A stretch of DNA of 64,000 nucleotides from Paracoccaceae bacterium (GTDB lineage Bacteria; Pseudomonadota; Alphaproteobacteria; Rhodobacterales; Rhodobacteraceae): assembly GCA_043736155.1 (NCBI GenBank), contig JAYTDA010000172.1, positions 1,516-65,515 on the forward strand. The letters are read 5' to 3'. Numbering within the stretch: position 1 is the stretch's first letter; every line of letters begins with the position of its first letter. Below the pieces are notes generated by a model, which had not been told where the DNA came from, did no database searches, and saw only the letters and a program-made list of their open reading frames with translations. Of the stretch, positions 32,390 through 40,005 are shown piece after piece. Position numbers and translations under genes: made by a program.

Positions 32390-32438
32390 AGCGCCGAACG
32401 CCCGCGCACGCTTGCGCGGGCCGGGTGGCTGGGGTGCT

Positions 32439-32651
32439 TTATTTGTGCGGGTTAACGTTGTCTTTTTTTGACTTATCAGGGTTATCTCTCGCATATTCTC
32501 GGTCATTGATCTTTACGACATGGGCATCTGGATGCTCACCGCGCTTTATTTCAGCAACTACATTCCGGCGGGGCACGTCTTTTCGCCCTCCAATATCATA
32601 ATGTTCATTTCGCCCGCCGGGTCCATCATTCTTTCCATTTATTTTTGTCAT
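32439..32651 (-). CDS. small hypothetical protein (possibly DUF3892-like) in the low-GC islet
   Basis: MTKINGKNDGPGGRNEHYDIGGRKDVPRRNVVAEIKRGEHPDAHVVKINDREYARDNPDKSKKDNVNPHK. It has clearly lower GC than its surroundings. The family assignment is from memory only. Confidence 0.4.
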   Translation of the reverse strand: MTKINGKNDGPGGRNEHYDIGGRKDVPRRNVVAEIKRGEHPDAHVVKINDREYARDNPDKSKKDNVNPHK

Positions 32652-32662
32652 AGTGTACCCCT

Positions 32663-33688
32663 TTACGAGTTTGAGGCCCCCAGTGTTTCGAAAAAGTCCA
32701 ATTGATCAGAATCCTTCTTCGGAATCGCTTCCGGGAAAGCAGAGTAAAAAAGTCGATCAAACTGCGTCTTGTCTCTTGATGCCTGCCCTATCCCGACGAC
32801 CTGCCAAAGGTGCTGTCGAAATGCAGGCATCCCAACCTGCTCCGTCAAGAATTGGAAGAACTTAAATTTGCGTCCTCCTCCCACATACACAACTGGGTTC
32901 TGTTGGTCCAACTGCTCCAAAATGGCACCATTGCTATGAGCCAATGGGTAATAGACATACTTTCTAATGAATTTTCCAAAAAACTGTGGATGCCTTGTTG
33001 AGTCTGGTTTTTGACGTTTTAGTCCGTAAAACTTGTATATCATCTCGAAGAATTTGTCGGGAAATTCTTGCTCCCATTGCCTAAACTCCCTTCGGACAAA
33101 ATCATCGAAAAGCTTCCTGTATTCACTCTTTGTTCGATCTTGATATCCGGTTGCTTCGTCTACTAGAGCGATAATTCCGACTTTGGCAGCAGCACGGACA
33201 ATTACCTCCGCTTGCATGGAGAGAAACATCTGCGACGGGCTAAGTGTTGCACGATTTCGCGCCTCGATTAGTGCGTCACAGACCTCAATAAGGGTTTCTG
33301 CCTCGTAACCATGAGCGGTAGTGCCTCCGAGGGTCAGAAATACGATCGGGTTGTCGATTCTTTTCTGCAGTTCATCTGTGAGGACTGACTTGATGCCTGG
33401 GCGAGACATTGTTCGCAAAAAGGCATTGCCTCCAGACGATTTCAGTTGGAGCGCCTTTGCCATGGCCTTCTTGTTAATCAACCGCCGCCGATCTTTCAAA
33501 ACGTAGACTTCGAGCTCCACATCGCCGATCATAAGCTTTCCGTCGGTTTCGGATTCTGGAGTGGATGAGGCCATCCGAGCCTTTTCCCACCGAGCGGTTG
33601 CGGCATGTGACGCAATCGACTTTCGATCTGTCGCAGAGAGGTTCTTGGCGCGAGCCTGTCCGCCCTTACTTTGAATCGTTTCTTCCAT
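32663..33688 (-). CDS. P63C-domain protein (phage-derived family)
   Basis: 341-aa ORF in a low-GC block. KGGQARAKNLSATDRKSIASHAATARW is a KilA/Bro-like basic N-terminus. Then ...ALVDEATGYQDRTKSEYRKLFDDFVRREFRQWEQEFPDKFFEMIYKFYGLK... resembles the P63C domain as I remember it. Confidence 0.65.
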   Translation of the reverse strand: MEETIQSKGGQARAKNLSATDRKSIASHAATARWEKARMASSTPESETDGKLMIGDVELEVYVLKDRRRLINKKAMAKALQLKSSGGNAFLRTMSRPGIKSVLTDELQKRIDNPIVFLTLGGTTAHGYEAETLIEVCDALIEARNRATLSPSQMFLSMQAEVIVRAAAKVGIIALVDEATGYQDRTKSEYRKLFDDFVRREFRQWEQEFPDKFFEMIYKFYGLKRQKPDSTRHPQFFGKFIRKYVYYPLAHSNGAILEQLDQQNPVVYVGGGRKFKFFQFLTEQVGMPAFRQHLWQVVGIGQASRDKTQFDRLFYSAFPEAIPKKDSDQLDFFETLGASNS

Positions 33689-33699
33689 GCTTCGCCCCT

Positions 33700-33773
33700 A
33701 TGCTTGCTGCAGCATGTTGTAACTCTTGCTTGCTGTGTCAGCAAGCATTTTTTTTGCTCCGTTCAGCAAGCAT
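33700..33773. promoter_or_regulatory. cluster of TGCTTGCTG / CAGCAAGCA palindromic sites upstream of the P63C gene
   Basis: ATGCTTGCTGCAGCAT (33700-33715). Perfect inverted repeat TGCTTGCTG-TGT-CAGCAAGCA (33727-33747). CAGCAAGCAT again at 33764-33773. Confidence 0.6.
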
Positions 33774-33885
33774 TTGGGCGCGACGGTCTGGTTGATTAAT
33801 GTTTCGCAAGCCCCGCCCTACCTCTCCCCCTCGATCTCCCGCCCGGTATCCCCCCACTCCGGCCTCGGCCCCTCACGCAGCAAGC

Positions 33886-33941
33886 GTAGGGTGGGTGCCA
33901 ACCCACCACTTCCGCCCATGGTGGGTTGGCACTCACCCTAC
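33886..33941. repeat. REP inverted repeat GTAGGGTGGGTGCCAACCCACC ... GGTGGGTTGGCACTCACCCTAC
   Basis: Arms at 33886-33907 and 33920-33941. Same GTAGG...CCTAC architecture as 1442-1521 and 34160-34213. Confidence 0.8.
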
Positions 33942-34183
33942 TCTGCCGCCTCCGGCCTGCTCTCCAGAAACACAATCGCCCGGTCCTTGTCGCCACCCTT
34001 CCCACGCTCGGCAAAGAACGCCGCCGCCCCCACCTTCTCCGCCAACACCCGCTCCACAAACCGGTTTAGCGACACCCCGTCCCGCGCAGCACACTCCACA
34101 GCCGCCCGTTTCACCCATTCCGGCACTCTCAACGTCACACGGCTTTTCACGATGTCCTCGTAGGTCGGGGTACACCCCGCCAC
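33938..34183 (-). CDS. HicB-like / ribbon-helix-helix antitoxin-like protein
   Basis: ...SRVTLRVPEWVKRAAVECAARDGVSLNRFVERVLAEKVG... matches the C-terminal RHH pattern of HicB-family antitoxins. The true start is probably an internal GTG, because the track start lies inside a REP. No toxin gene is adjacent. Confidence 0.55.
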   Translation of the reverse strand: MAGCTPTYEDIVKSRVTLRVPEWVKRAAVECAARDGVSLNRFVERVLAEKVGAAAFFAERGKGGDKDRAIVFLESRPEAAE

Positions 34184-34213
34184 AATACCACGGCGGGGTG
34201 AACCCCGCCCTAC
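34160..34213. repeat. REP inverted repeat GTAGGTCGGGGTACACCCCGCC ... GGCGGGGTGAACCCCGCCCTAC
   Basis: Arms at 34160-34181 and 34192-34213. Confidence 0.8.
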
Positions 34214-34218
34214 AAATC

Positions 34219-34578
34219 CTACCTCCCCCCCTCAATCTCCCGCGTCGTATCGCCCCATTCCGGCCTCGGCCCGTCCTGCAGCACCTTCGGCGTGTCCGGC
34301 CCGTCGACGATCCCCGCCAACCGCCCATGCATGAAGGCGCGCAAGACATCGTTCATCCGCTCCTGATAGCCCCGCCCCATCGACTTGAAGAACCGCAGCA
34401 CGTCCTCCTCGACCATGGTCGTCACCCGCACTTTGGCTTTGCGGCCACGCTCCTTGGCGATTTCGTGCCACTGGGCGGGGATGCGTTGCTGGCGCAGCAC
34501 CTCGTCGTGCATGTCCCATTCCAGCCGCCGCATCGCGTCCATCAGATAGTGGAAATTCACCCGTTCAACCTTGGTCAT
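34219..34578 (-). CDS. BrnA-like antitoxin family protein (no BrnT partner)
   Basis: MTKVERVNFHYLMD...KAKVRVTTMVEEDVLRFFKSMGRGYQERMNDVLRAFM matches the BrnA pattern (V-T-x-R-x-D-x-D-V-L-x-W-F-K..G.GYQTR-x-N..LR). ATG at 34578. Confidence 0.6.
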   Translation of the reverse strand: MTKVERVNFHYLMDAMRRLEWDMHDEVLRQQRIPAQWHEIAKERGRKAKVRVTTMVEEDVLRFFKSMGRGYQERMNDVLRAFMHGRLAGIVDGPDTPKVLQDGPRPEWGDTTREIEGGR

Positions 34579-34647
34579 CCGCTGCCTCCGGTTCCGCCAC
34601 CGGCCCAAGCCTGCCGAAAACAAGCTAAAATTGTCTGACACCAGCGT

Positions 34648-34686
34648 CTGCATGCAACCTGCATCAAAGCTGCATGAAAGCTGCAT
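34648..34686. promoter_or_regulatory. four CTGCAT boxes at exact 11-bp spacing
   Basis: CTGCAT at 34648, 34659, 34670 and 34681. They lie 70-110 bp upstream of the BrnA-like gene (minus strand) and upstream of rhlE (plus strand). Confidence 0.55.
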
Positions 34687-34959
34687 TTGCACGAACCGCT
34701 TGACTTCCCCCCGCAAATCCCCCATCTCCCCCCGATCAACACCGCGCTGCCGCGTGAGCAGCTTTCCCGCAAGGCGGGGAAACCGGTGCGATGAACGGTG
34801 CCTTGCGCACCATTTGGTTCCCATTTCACGCAGGGGTCCGGCGGCCTTTGGGCGTCTGGCATTCGGCTTGGCGCTGGCTTCGGCCGCACCCTATTGCCCG
34901 CGCGTCCCCGTTCGGGGCGCAAACCATATGGCTTTCCCAAGCCGTTGAAAGATATAGAT

Positions 34960-36267
34960 ATGTCCGACCTCTCCCCCGCCCAGTTCGATAGTCTGGGACT
35001 CAATGCCACCCTGCTCAAAGCCCTGGCCACCGCCGGGTTTTCCACCCCGACCCCGATCCAGACCCAGGCGATCCCGCATGTGATGGCGGGCCGCGATCTG
35101 ATGGGGCTGGCGCAAACCGGCACCGGCAAAACCGCCGCTTTCGGTCTGCCACTGGTGCACCGCATCATGGAATTGGGCAAAGCGCCGTTTCCCAAAACCG
35201 CCCGCGCCCTGATCCTGGCCCCGACCCGCGAACTGGTCAACCAAATCGCTGATAACCTGACATCTTTTACCCGTGGCACCCATATCAAGGTGGTCACCGT
35301 GGTCGGTGGCTCCTCGATCTTTGCCCAAACCACCAAACTGGCCCGTGGCACCGACATATTGGTGGCAACACCCGGTCGCCTACTAGATCTATTGGACCGC
35401 CGCGCTGTCACGCTCGACCACACCACCTATCTGGTGCTGGATGAGGCGGACCAGATGCTTGACCTTGGCTTCATCCATGCCCTGCGGAAAATTGCCAAAC
35501 TGATCCCCGACAGCCGCCAGACCCTGCTGTTTTCGGCCACCATGCCGAAACTGATGGCGGAACTGGCCGCCAGCTACCTGCAGAACCCGGTGCGGGTCGA
35601 GGCAGCCCCCCCCGGCAAGGTCGCCGACAAGATCACCCAGGGCGTGCATTTCGTCAGCACCGGCGACAAGGCTGTGCTGCTGAAAAAGTACCTGTCGGAA
35701 CATCCGTCCGAAATGGCGCTGGTGTTTTCGCGCACCAAGCATGGCGCTGAAAAGCTGATGAAATTGCTGTCCAGCTGGGGCTTCAACGCCGGTTCGATCC
35801 ATGGCAACAAAAGCCAGGGCCAGCGCGAACGCACGCTGAAATCGTTCCGCGATGGCGAAATGAAGGTGCTGGTGGCCACCGATGTTGCTGCCCGAGGCAT
35901 CGACATTCCGGGGGTGCGGCATGTCTATAACTTCGACTTGCCGAACGTGGCGGAAAACTACGTCCACCGCATCGGTCGCACCGCCCGCGCCGGAATGGAT
36001 GGCCGTGCCGTCGCATTCTGCGCCCCGGCGGAATATGACGAATTGCGCGCGATTGAAAAGCAGCTGAAGGCCACGCTGCCGGTACTGGGCGGCGAAGCCC
36101 CTCCGCCCGGTTTTGTGGTTCCCAAGGTTCCGGGCAACGGCCAGGGCCGCCGGGCACAGCCCTCGGGTCATCGCAGCGCCGGCAAACCGGCGGCAAAGCC
36201 GGGGTTTGGCGGGCAGCGCACCGGCAAGCCCTCTGGTGGCCGACCACAGCGCCGCGCCCAGGCCTGA
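34960..36267 (+). CDS. rhlE: DEAD-box ATP-dependent RNA helicase
   Basis: F-x-TPTPIQ (Q motif), AQTGTGKTAAF, DEAD (LVLDEADQM), SAT, HRIGRTARAG, and a basic C-terminal tail. ATG at 34960. Confidence 0.92.
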   Translation: MSDLSPAQFDSLGLNATLLKALATAGFSTPTPIQTQAIPHVMAGRDLMGLAQTGTGKTAAFGLPLVHRIMELGKAPFPKTARALILAPTRELVNQIADNLTSFTRGTHIKVVTVVGGSSIFAQTTKLARGTDILVATPGRLLDLLDRRAVTLDHTTYLVLDEADQMLDLGFIHALRKIAKLIPDSRQTLLFSATMPKLMAELAASYLQNPVRVEAAPPGKVADKITQGVHFVSTGDKAVLLKKYLSEHPSEMALVFSRTKHGAEKLMKLLSSWGFNAGSIHGNKSQGQRERTLKSFRDGEMKVLVATDVAARGIDIPGVRHVYNFDLPNVAENYVHRIGRTARAGMDGRAVAFCAPAEYDELRAIEKQLKATLPVLGGEAPPPGFVVPKVPGNGQGRRAQPSGHRSAGKPAAKPGFGGQRTGKPSGGRPQRRAQA

Positions 36268-36410
36268 CCCCCCGTACAAGCCGCCCGACCTTGGCCCGAC
36301 CTTGGCCTGACCAGACCTCAGACTAAAGTCGGGCCGATCACAAAGGCGATATCCAACCTGGGTACCGCAAGGTATGCCTTTTTTGTCATTCCGACAAAAG
36401 GGCCGAACCG

Positions 36411-38384
36411 ATGACCAACATTGCACCGATTGCCGCAGACGACGCCTTTACCATCCAGCAAGGCAGCCTGAATTCGACGGTGTCGGGCAACCTGGGGGCC
36501 GATAACGGCTTTGGCGTCGATTACGACCCCGATGGAACCCTTCTGGGCTGGGCAGGGGTCGGTTTCAACTCGGTTGGGGATGGCGACAGGTACCTTGGTG
36601 CGTTCTTTTCCAACGGGCAGTTGGGGTTCCTGTCGATCGAGGGCACGGTGTCCTACCCGTTTCCGGTGTTTTCGACGACGTTGCTGCTGTTCACCGCCAA
36701 TGGCGGACAGGTGGTGCTGAACACCAATGGGGCCTTCACCTACACTTCGGCGGCCGGCTTCAGCGGCACCGACTGGGTGGACTATACCCTGGTTGACGGG
36801 CTGTTCGGCACCGACATCGGGCGGCTGACCTTTACCGTGGTCGACACCGTTACCGGCAATGACAAGCCGCTGGCGGCAGACGATCATTTCACCGGCCCCG
36901 AAGATCAGCAGATCACCGGCAACCTGTTGGCCGACAATGGCAACGGGCCAGACACCGACCCGAATGGCGATGCGCTGACGGTGGTGAACCGTACCTATGT
37001 CACCACCCAGGGCGGCATCGTCTCGGTCTATGCCAATGGCAATTTCGTCTATACCCCAAAAGCCAACTACTCCGGTCCCGACAGCTTTTCCTATGAGATC
37101 ATCGACGCCAACGGGGCGAGGGATACCGGAACCGTCACTCTCAACCTGACGCCGGTCAATGATGCCCCGGTTGCCGGCGATGACAGCTTTGCCGCGCCCC
37201 ATGGCCAGAGCATCAGCGGCAATGTCCTCACCAATGACAGCCATGTGGCCGGGCAGCTTGTCGATGCCGATGGTGATCCACTGGCAGCCGTGGCGGCGAA
37301 CCTGACCACCAGCAATGGCGGACAGGTGGTCCTGAACGCCGACGGCAGCTTTACCTATGTTCCGAATCCCGCCTTTGTCGGAACCGACTCCTTCACCTAT
37401 GTCGTGACCGACGGCAACGGCGGCAGCGACAGTGCGACGGTTCTGCTGAACCTGACCAACAGGGCACCGATTGCCGCCACCGATTGGTTTACCGCCCCGT
37501 TTGGTACCGGCATTTCCGGCAATGTGCTGGCCAACAACGGCTCGGGCGCCGACAGTGACGCCGATGGCGACCCGCTGACGGTCACTGCCGGTCAGTTCAC
37601 CACGACCCGTGGCGGCACTCTGGTTCTGAACGCCAATGGCAGCTTTGCCTACACGCCGCCCGAAGCGTTTTATGGCACCGACAGTTTCCAATACAGCCTG
37701 TCCGACGGGTTCGGCGGCACCGCCACCGGAACTGCGCTAATCTCGACTGCGGCTCCGACCGGCTCGGTCTATTGCACGGCAGGCGACGACATCAACGGCG
37801 GATCGGCGGTGCGTGACGTGATCTTTGGTCTTGATGGCGACGACAGCCTGTCGGGCCAGGGCGGCAACGATCTGCTGTCCGGCGGAACCGGGGATGACAC
37901 CGCGATTGGCGGTGCCGGAAATGACCAATTGTACGGACAAGCCGACAAGGACCTGCTGAAAGGCGGGCTTGGCGCGGACTATCTGTCTGGCGGTGACGGG
38001 GGCGACGATCTTTACGGCAATGAGGCCGCCGATACCCTGGTCGGCGGTGCCGGGTCAGACACCTTGGCGGGCGGCGGCGGGATTGATCGTTTCGTCTTTG
38101 CCGCAGCAGATGCCTATAGCCGTGACAAGGTGGTGGATTTCACCGCAGGCGAGAAACTGGCGGTTTATGCCACGGATTATGGCTTGGCTGCAGGCGCATT
38201 GCCGGATGCGAGCTATTTCGCGCTGTCAGGCGCGGCTGCGGTAGGCCATGGTCGGTTTGTCTATAATGCAGCGGCGCGCAGCCTGTCCTGGGATGCCGAT
38301 GGCAATGCCGCAACGGCAGACCTTGTCATTGCGGTCTTCAACCGGGCTGTCTCCCTGAGCCATGCCGACTTTCTGGTCCTGTAA
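36411..38384 (+). CDS. large secreted repeat protein (cadherin/VCBS-like repeats plus C-terminal RTX repeats; T1SS substrate type)
   Basis: About five repeats of the unit NDAPVAGDD.F....G..ISGNVL.ND.D.DGD.L.V......T..GG.V.LN.DGSFTY.P...F.G.DSF.Y...D. C-terminal GGxGxD repeats (GGAGNDQLYGQADKDLLKGGLGADYLSGGDGGDDLYG). No signal peptide. Confidence 0.85.
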   Translation: MTNIAPIAADDAFTIQQGSLNSTVSGNLGADNGFGVDYDPDGTLLGWAGVGFNSVGDGDRYLGAFFSNGQLGFLSIEGTVSYPFPVFSTTLLLFTANGGQVVLNTNGAFTYTSAAGFSGTDWVDYTLVDGLFGTDIGRLTFTVVDTVTGNDKPLAADDHFTGPEDQQITGNLLADNGNGPDTDPNGDALTVVNRTYVTTQGGIVSVYANGNFVYTPKANYSGPDSFSYEIIDANGARDTGTVTLNLTPVNDAPVAGDDSFAAPHGQSISGNVLTNDSHVAGQLVDADGDPLAAVAANLTTSNGGQVVLNADGSFTYVPNPAFVGTDSFTYVVTDGNGGSDSATVLLNLTNRAPIAATDWFTAPFGTGISGNVLANNGSGADSDADGDPLTVTAGQFTTTRGGTLVLNANGSFAYTPPEAFYGTDSFQYSLSDGFGGTATGTALISTAAPTGSVYCTAGDDINGGSAVRDVIFGLDGDDSLSGQGGNDLLSGGTGDDTAIGGAGNDQLYGQADKDLLKGGLGADYLSGGDGGDDLYGNEAADTLVGGAGSDTLAGGGGIDRFVFAAADAYSRDKVVDFTAGEKLAVYATDYGLAAGALPDASYFALSGAAAVGHGRFVYNAAARSLSWDADGNAATADLVIAVFNRAVSLSHADFLVL

Positions 38385-38394
38385 CCCGACCTAG

Positions 38395-38475
38395 AGTCTG
38401 TCCGACGTTGATAGAAACGCCGGACAGACTCCAGTCCCCTTGTTTTGCGCATGTCTTGCGCCAAGACCGGATTCC
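38395..38475. repeat. inverted partner of the 14461-14540 repeat
   Basis: GAGTCTGTCCGACG...CGCCGGACAGACTC hairpin followed by GTTTTGCGCATGTCTTGCGCCAA. Located 11 nt after the stop of the RTX repeat protein. Confidence 0.8.
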
Positions 38476-38561
38476 ACTTTTGTCGGACATGCTCTGACGC
38501 TTTGATCAGCCCCTGCCCTTGCGGTTCCTCGGGGGGGCACCACGCCCGCTTTTGGATCAGA

Positions 38562-39035
38562 TCAGACTGCCTCTTCCTCCAGGTTCAGCTTCATTTCAAG
38601 CAGAACCTGTTGAATCATCACGGTTTCCCGCAGCAGCCGCTTGGCCTCGTTGATCGAGATTTTGCCGTCGCCAATCGCGGCGTTATATTCCCCCATCAGC
38701 AGGGCAAAGCGTTGGGCCAGCGCCACCACATCTTCGTTGACACCCGAGCTTTGGGCATTTCGCCGGTCTTCGTCATAGGCCATGGTGATGCCGCGCAGAT
38801 CGGCCAGCGCCGCCGTGATATGCGGAAACCGCGCCGCCTCTTCCAGCGCCGCAACCACATCAATCGGCATGAACCGGTCGGCATGTTCATCGGAATCCGA
38901 ATAATAGCGCCCAAGGGTCGCTTTGCTCTTGCCGGTCAACGCGCAGGCGGCTTCGATGCCGACATCCTTGACCAACGCTTCGGTATGTTTGCGCAAATAA
39001 CTGCCCGTGCCCGACATCGCGTTCCCCGCCACCAT
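38562..39035 (-). CDS. orphan phage-type regulator (CII/CP76-like?)
   Basis: ...IEAACALTGKSKATLGRYYSDSDEHADRFMPIDVVAALEEA...AIGDGKISINEAKRLLRETVMIQQVLLEMKL... has an HTH-like N-terminus and a DG-I-x-x-x-E helix, which recalls phage CII (CP76) regulators. No other phage gene is adjacent. Confidence 0.4.
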   Translation of the reverse strand: MVAGNAMSGTGSYLRKHTEALVKDVGIEAACALTGKSKATLGRYYSDSDEHADRFMPIDVVAALEEAARFPHITAALADLRGITMAYDEDRRNAQSSGVNEDVVALAQRFALLMGEYNAAIGDGKISINEAKRLLRETVMIQQVLLEMKLNLEEEAV

Positions 39036-39419
39036 CCAACAAACTTTCCCGGGGGAAAACCCGGGCGCTATTCCCCTTAATCAGTTGGCAGAAGTTTGTC
39101 ATTTATAAAAGGGTTCCGTGTGATCGGAACGTAAGAGTGCCGGCGTCCCCAGCGCCGGTTGGGTGGGGCCCGCATGCGCGCATTCGGGCAGGAAATGCTG
39201 GTTCAAACCGGCAGCTGGGCGGCAGGGTGTCAAGGGTAACGGTCAGGTACCAGACGATCGGTGCCGCATAACAAGTAGACAACCTTCCGCCTCCGTCCGT
39301 TTCCGCGTCAGGCTTTGCCACCACGGAACCAACGGGCCCCACCCGGTTTTTCCACGCACGGCTCCCTTGATCCTGCCGGTCGCTTCGCGCTAAGGGCAGG
39401 TTCTAGTTAAGGGCAGGTC

Positions 39420-39998
39420 ATGGCAAAGCTGTATTTTCACTATTCCACCATGAATGCCGGCAAATCGACGGTGCTGCTGCAAGCCGCGCACAATTACCGC
39501 GAAATGGGCATGGACACCTATCTGCTGACAGCGCAGTTCGACAACCGCGCCGGTTTTGGTCGCATTGCCAGCCGTATCGGCATTGGGGAACCCGCCGATA
39601 CCTTTGCCGAAGGCGATGACCTGTTTGCCCGGATCGCCGCACAGATGGCCACTCGTGCCATTGCCTGCATTTTCATTGACGAAGCCCAGTTCCTGTCGCG
39701 CGATCAGGTCTGGCAACTGGCCCGCGCTGTCGATGACCTGAAAGTGCCGATCATGTGCTATGGCCTGCGCGTCGATTTCCGGGGAGAACTGTTCGCGGGA
39801 TCTGCGGCGCTGCTGGCACTGGCGGATGAAATGCGCGAGGTGCGTACCATTTGCCACTGCGGGAAAAAGGCAACGATGGTGGTGCGCAAAGGAGCCGATG
39901 GCCGCGCCCTGCTGGATGGCGCCCAGGTGCAGGTCGGCGGCAATGAAACCTATGCTTCGCTGTGCCGCCGCCATTGGCGCGACGCCGTCGGGAAATGA
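39420..39998 (+). CDS. tdk: thymidine kinase
   Basis: MAKLYFHYSTMNAGKSTVLLQAAHNY...FIDEAQFL...CHCGKKATM...YASLCRRHW: P-loop plus a zinc-ribbon lasso domain. Confidence 0.95.
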   Translation: MAKLYFHYSTMNAGKSTVLLQAAHNYREMGMDTYLLTAQFDNRAGFGRIASRIGIGEPADTFAEGDDLFARIAAQMATRAIACIFIDEAQFLSRDQVWQLARAVDDLKVPIMCYGLRVDFRGELFAGSAALLALADEMREVRTICHCGKKATMVVRKGADGRALLDGAQVQVGGNETYASLCRRHWRDAVGK

Positions 39999-40005
39999 TC
40001 TGGCG

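Noticed and set aside
33799-34638. 279-aa Pro-rich plus-strand ORF
   Set aside because: It runs through two REP elements and is antisense to the HicB-like and BrnA-like genes. Its composition (P/A/R/H) is typical of translated repeats.
36318-37691. 457-aa minus-strand ORF opposite the RTX repeat protein
   Set aside because: It is a shadow frame of a repetitive, high-GC gene. The plus strand has clear cadherin/VCBS-like and RTX repeats and a proper ATG.
39105-39355. tmRNA (two-piece), 6S RNA, SRP RNA, RNase P RNA, cobalamin or c-di-GMP riboswitch
   Set aside because: I looked for the tag ORF and T-arm (GGTTCGA-type), the SRP GGAAG/AGCA motif, the RNase P GAGGAAAGTCC box, the B12 box and GACGCAAAGCC. 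None is convincingly present on either strand, and an isolated GCCACCA is not enough.
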